Source: Chrysochromulina tobinii
Taxonomy: Eukaryota
Direction of reading: 5' to 3'
Length of the DNA stretch: 37,615 bases
NCBI GenBank assembly: GCA_001275005.1
Contig: JWZX01003122.1
Span: forward strand, 1 to 37,615
A program made the translations under genes and the position numbers. Positions 35,801 through 37,615 of the stretch are shown piece by piece (position 1 is the first letter of the stretch; each line of letters opens with the position of its first letter). A model generated the notes under the pieces. That model searched no databases and was not told where the DNA came from. It saw nothing but the letters and a program-made list of their open reading frames with translations.

Positions 35801-37615
35801 CCTCGAGCTCGTGCTGGAGCGCCAGCTCGCGCTGCTCCATATCGGAGGCCGCGAGCGCCGTGCGCGCCTCAGCTAGGCTCGCCTCGAGCGCGCTCACGGG
35901 CGCGCCAAACATCCCAGTGAAGGCATTCTTGACGCTGTCGAACAGGTTGCTCGCCACATCGCTGCCCGCCAAGTCCGCAGGCGGAGTTTGGATCTTGACT
36001 TTGAACTCGCCCCCCTCGTGGCGCGCGAGCTGCACCGCGAACTTGCCGCCCTCATCAGCGTCGTCGCGGGCGTCCTCAAAGCGGCCGTCGCCGTCTGCGT
36101 CGCCGGGCGCGCCGCTCCGAAGCTGCTGGGCATGCAGATTGCCGCCCTCATTAGCGTCGTCGCGGGCGTCGCCGGACGCGCCGCTTCGAAGCTGCTGGGC
36201 ATGCAGATTGCCGCCCTCATTCGCGTCGTCGCGGGCGTCGTCGGGCGCGTCGCTCCGGAGCTGATAGGCACGCAACAAGCTACCACGAGGCTCGAGCTGG
36301 ACGCCAAAGTTACCGGCCTCGCCCAAAGATAGCTTGACAGCCACCATACGCTCCTCCTCCCCTTGATTGGTCGCCTCAGCTGGCGCGTCCGGCTCGGGCT
36401 CCCGCGCACCCTCCACCGTGGCAGGTGCCTCCAGATTCGGCTTCGGCTCTGCCGCCACCTCTGGCCCTGGCCCTGGCCCTGGCTCTGGCTCTGGCTCGTT
36501 AATTAACGAACCCGCAACTAACGAACCCGCCGGCTCTGCCGCCGGCTCTGGCTCTGGTTCCGCCGCCGCGGGCCCCGCGGTCTCCTTTGGCTGGGGCGAA
36601 GAGGGGCGCGAAGAAGGGCGCGAGGCCGAACGGGTAGCTGCGGGCGTGGCGGCGGGCTCGTTAATCAGGCGACGTAGCACGGCCACCTCAGCCTCCTTGG
36701 CCATGACCGATTGACGAAGCGCCGCGATCTCCTCGGTTGGCCATGCGGCTGCGCGTGCGAGCAGCTCAGCCGAGGTGAGGAGGCCGCCTGGCACGCCGGC
36801 TGCCGCATGCACCATCGGCCCGCCTTCAATGGATGCGCGCTCCTTGCGCAAAGCGAGCACCTCCGCCTCCTTGGCCTGCACCGACCGAAGCAGCGCCTCT
36901 TTTTGGCTCTTGAGCACTTTCAGCTCCTCCGCCAACTCTTTTGCGTCGTCCGGGTTGGCGCCGCCGGCCGCCGCCCGTGCAGCGAGCTCGGCCGTCGCCC
37001 GTGCAACCGCGGCCGCCTCGCCCTCCGCGACGGCGACCGCGATGGTCGCAGCGCCGCCTGAGCGCACCATCTCCTTTTGCCATTCGGACACCGCGGGTAC
37101 ATCGGACGGCAGCGGCGTCGGCGAGGCGGCGCGACGCGAGCGCTGCGCACGCTTCGTCGCATACTCGAGCATCCACTGGGGCGACTCTGAGCGCTTGGGC
37201 TCTGAGTACTGGCCCGAGTTCACCACCTCGGGCGTCGGCGCCGGTGTCGACGCGCCTGCCGCCGTCGCCTTCACTGCGGCTGAAGCTGCCTTCGCACCGG
37301 CCGCCGAAGTTGGGCGGGGCGATGCGGGGGCTTTCGAGAAGAGGCCGGAGGCGCTCACCGCGGGCGCGCCCGCCACCGCGGCGGCGCCCCCGCCCATGAG
37401 CGGACCGGTATGGATCGGGGCGTCGACAGACAGGATGATGTCGCTGCCCGTGGGGACTGGAGTCTCGGCGATCTCGGCGATCTCGGCGATCTCGGCCGTG
37501 GGCGGCGCCACCGGCCGGAGCGAGGCGACGCCCGCCGCAATCTCGGGAGCGATGGCGGCCAGCGCCGTCTTGGGCGAGACTGGCAGCGCCGACTCCCTCG
37601 CCCGGAGCGCATTCA
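29820..37615 (-). CDS. Giant coiled-coil protein with a polyproline tract and a C-terminal 7-bladed WD40 domain (5' partial, about 2600 aa within the window)
   Basis: The frame stays open from GTG 37511 to the window edge (NALRARESALPVSPK...). Long E/A/R/L heptad regions. Polyproline at about 31800-31905. Seven WD repeats at about 30000-30850, e.g. GHKGAVMSLLTYRGLLISGSQDQTVRLWD and GHAGSVRCLAFLDSRLLSGSTDGTVRLWD. Confidence 0.9.
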   Translation of the reverse strand, partial: NALRARESALPVSPKTALAAIAPEIAAGVASLRPVAPPTAEIAEIAEIAETPVPTGSDIILSVDAPIHTGPLMGGGAAAVAGAPAVSASGLFSKAPASPRPTSAAGAKAASAAVKATAAGASTPAPTPEVVNSGQYSEPKRSESPQWMLEYATKRAQRSRRAASPTPLPSDVPAVSEWQKEMVRSGGAATIAVAVAEGEAAAVARATAELAARAAAGGANPDDAKELAEELKVLKSQKEALLRSVQAKEAEVLALRKERASIEGGPMVHAAAGVPGGLLTSAELLARAAAWPTEEIAALRQSVMAKEAEVAVLRRLINEPAATPAATRSASRPSSRPSSPQPKETAGPAAAEPEPEPAAEPAGSLVAGSLINEPEPEPGPGPGPEVAAEPKPNLEAPATVEGAREPEPDAPAEATNQGEEERMVAVKLSLGEAGNFGVQLEPRGSLLRAYQLRSDAPDDARDDANEGGNLHAQQLRSGASGDARDDANEGGNLHAQQLRSGAPGDADGDGRFEDARDDADEGGKFAVQLARHEGGEFKVKIQTPPADLAGSDVASNLFDSVKNAFTGMFGAPVSALEASLAEARTALAASDMEQRELALQHELEEVLGQLRAAAQREAELEHTWERIREARAHLKQAAEAAEADTAAASNPVAMAALAAKAWGVLSYWNEARQAPVRSVFHKWKEATGFDGSGGAAVVGGSAPDADGGTLPPLGMWTGSRKGSLLEQLARSAVPSSIASHVADAQTKETALEAAASGSLLIDLQRYKQRLVVSMLTEQHARTMLATMTSSYDDLAEQARQLRGEVARLEELLSTEKTSTAEVVSAAEKQVALAKAELKASAGIDAAELKKLKDAAAEMEQLKVSSDMSRAMQKKLKADLEKRDKEIEEMRSACIKLRQEVKLAEEMAAEAQATANVGAGAVAEAAEERRAAKRKSLMQLQAMNSQEQLEDSLRRTSYSKLGSCLAAGSFSELSSAFGTWRASSIALAASEAIAELPPPSPTKLVHSPSKYQDSAFLEELASARAELEALHTAHEAALAELEEHKRRNKAASIITKMGRAAKAAQKETLESAVADSTASVASLQAGLDSAQRALEAEKALAQELSEELSVSKKERSAEVGALRKQLQAAKAEAAKLLDEKALAEQNAAAELDAAVAAHEQRLARARTESQRALTRTQQEVKQAQQALAEAHASAQAQAEEVHRQLQAAQGHSGQLMDEIDALKTALRTAQADATAAAAAAAAAGQPATAPAPALPATAGAPPSSEELAELERLRQTASSASSELERLRQTVDTQLEAHREVAAREKEVRKTLELKELRLREEVQARHAEAATAAELRRLLEELRVELASEQGKQVASGEAVRREKELLEARYEVQIARLREERAQHEATVQREHAQHAAAAQREHSIQMKKLQEELFEAQKASSRAESSAEREQLASVAEVRSAAQAELKTALEQALTAEATLEATRGAHRAELERRNAEAAQRETALREEMQRSHERSLEAATEQLKMALELQRADAQALRDERAVLQASLRDRQSLVDETLDQLHQAQAEAREAHARASRIERETSHLLGDRATSNSSDPNSDGGGGAARALATANERLFNEIRELQLREQSYKDDVQRISTELRERAAAERATLDAAHAKMLSELGARHEAALRELAHANERLQAENKNVQAERLSSLEEAGRLHAEDEKLRAARQGQLMELQAMHARQAEMFEAEKRRLDEAHRAALATMRDKHEAAARQSHEEVEREKSKGRQAESRWQAEAAELRQRQAEAASAAAEAQRRASDALETERAALGEVRRHLDAEKLKLDSLSREHAKTTEALAAATAEVDGLRAQLAEVTSDGGPLAASWRTKQLATLEREKAALEQEVALLSERLKMRDSALERASNVPPSPYLQHMQLPPPPPPPLQLPPPTPPSPIPPYPTTPPPPPPPPPLIQPAPYLMQPTRSPSPASLALASQNEALAAQLAAQARQLEEQKAMLEKVQRASLAPSLPPASTAAAAAAAASAKAAASAAAAFRTSTQSINSLGSAAFMSSQATFTSSQQSHDEDDVAEELGTVLPELRGPSPVPSKARRLPERASFERSTRPEAPPSQPAPPLQQPNQMHAPVSVPTLFGEAPCPSTPGRKPPRPRAAPTPRASSPVTADRNADRDGARQPPSRPQPMPHSPRGQRPSSPQSTRPPSATRPPPVVPPSPPSPRPRSVSPAPKDKLAPRAEPTVGAVASTRGRTGATPVPTTAPAGVGGDAGVSETAVYALVVGVGGVVSCAGRDKDVRLLDPTDGCCLKRMVGHTERVWALARTSEETLASGSADKTIRLWRPSEGRCIGSFKGHKGAVMSLLTYRGLLISGSQDQTVRLWDLREGGCVGSLFQSGDAQSGASRERNAVHALAMARKDQLAVGTWGGTVRLWDLHRSRCTATLDAHSGAIWSMLHAEGRLYTAGSDGVVKLWDTRTASPEPSGSLGSSATSGPLYTMVEKDGLLLTGGYDQLVKVWDTRMMRCLNELPGHAGSVRCLAFLDSRLLSGSTDGTVRLWDFDSLLAHDGTATGGTDGSVVGSPHADETDELADGFDALPAETPDGQVDDEDYEPNFATRR
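36028..36264 (-). repeat. 69-bp coding tandem repeat (ARDDANEGGNLHAQQLRSGAxGD), about 3 copies
   Basis: gctgctgggcatgcagattgccgccctcatt occurs twice 69 bp apart, plus a diverged ARDDADEGGKFAVQL copy. Confidence 0.85.
37463..37496 (-). repeat. 9-bp coding repeat (AEI)n
   Basis: tctcggcga repeated about 4 times, encoding AEIAEIAEIAE. Confidence 0.8.

Overview
GC-rich, gene-dense eukaryotic DNA with long, apparently intron-free or nearly intron-free genes. Composition and gene style suggest a haptophyte-like alga (inference only). Eight loci are supported: (1) a 3253-aa secreted kelch plus about 72 tenascin-type EGF protein; (2) an IQ plus 4 EF-hand protein bracketed by an exact 18-bp direct repeat; (3) a membrane-anchored calcineurin-like metallophosphoesterase; (4) a 2112-aa protein with a degenerate adenylate-kinase fold, C2, EF-hands and Pro-rich repeats; (5) an ALKBH6-type 2OG-Fe(II) dioxygenase, head-to-head with locus 4; (6) a NYN/LabA ribonuclease with a mitochondrial-like presequence and tandem LOTUS/OST-HTH repeats; (7) a PQ-loop transporter; (8) a 5'-truncated giant coiled-coil/polyproline/WD40 protein. 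The most striking feature is locus 6. It is split into two ORFs exactly at an in-phase slippery heptamer G_GGU_UUC followed by UGA, and the third LOTUS copy continues in the -1 frame. This is either a programmed -1 frameshift or a roughly 19-nt microhomology deletion/assembly artefact. No tRNA, rRNA, CRISPR array or transposase was seen. Most short ORFs in the track are GC-rich shadow ORFs.
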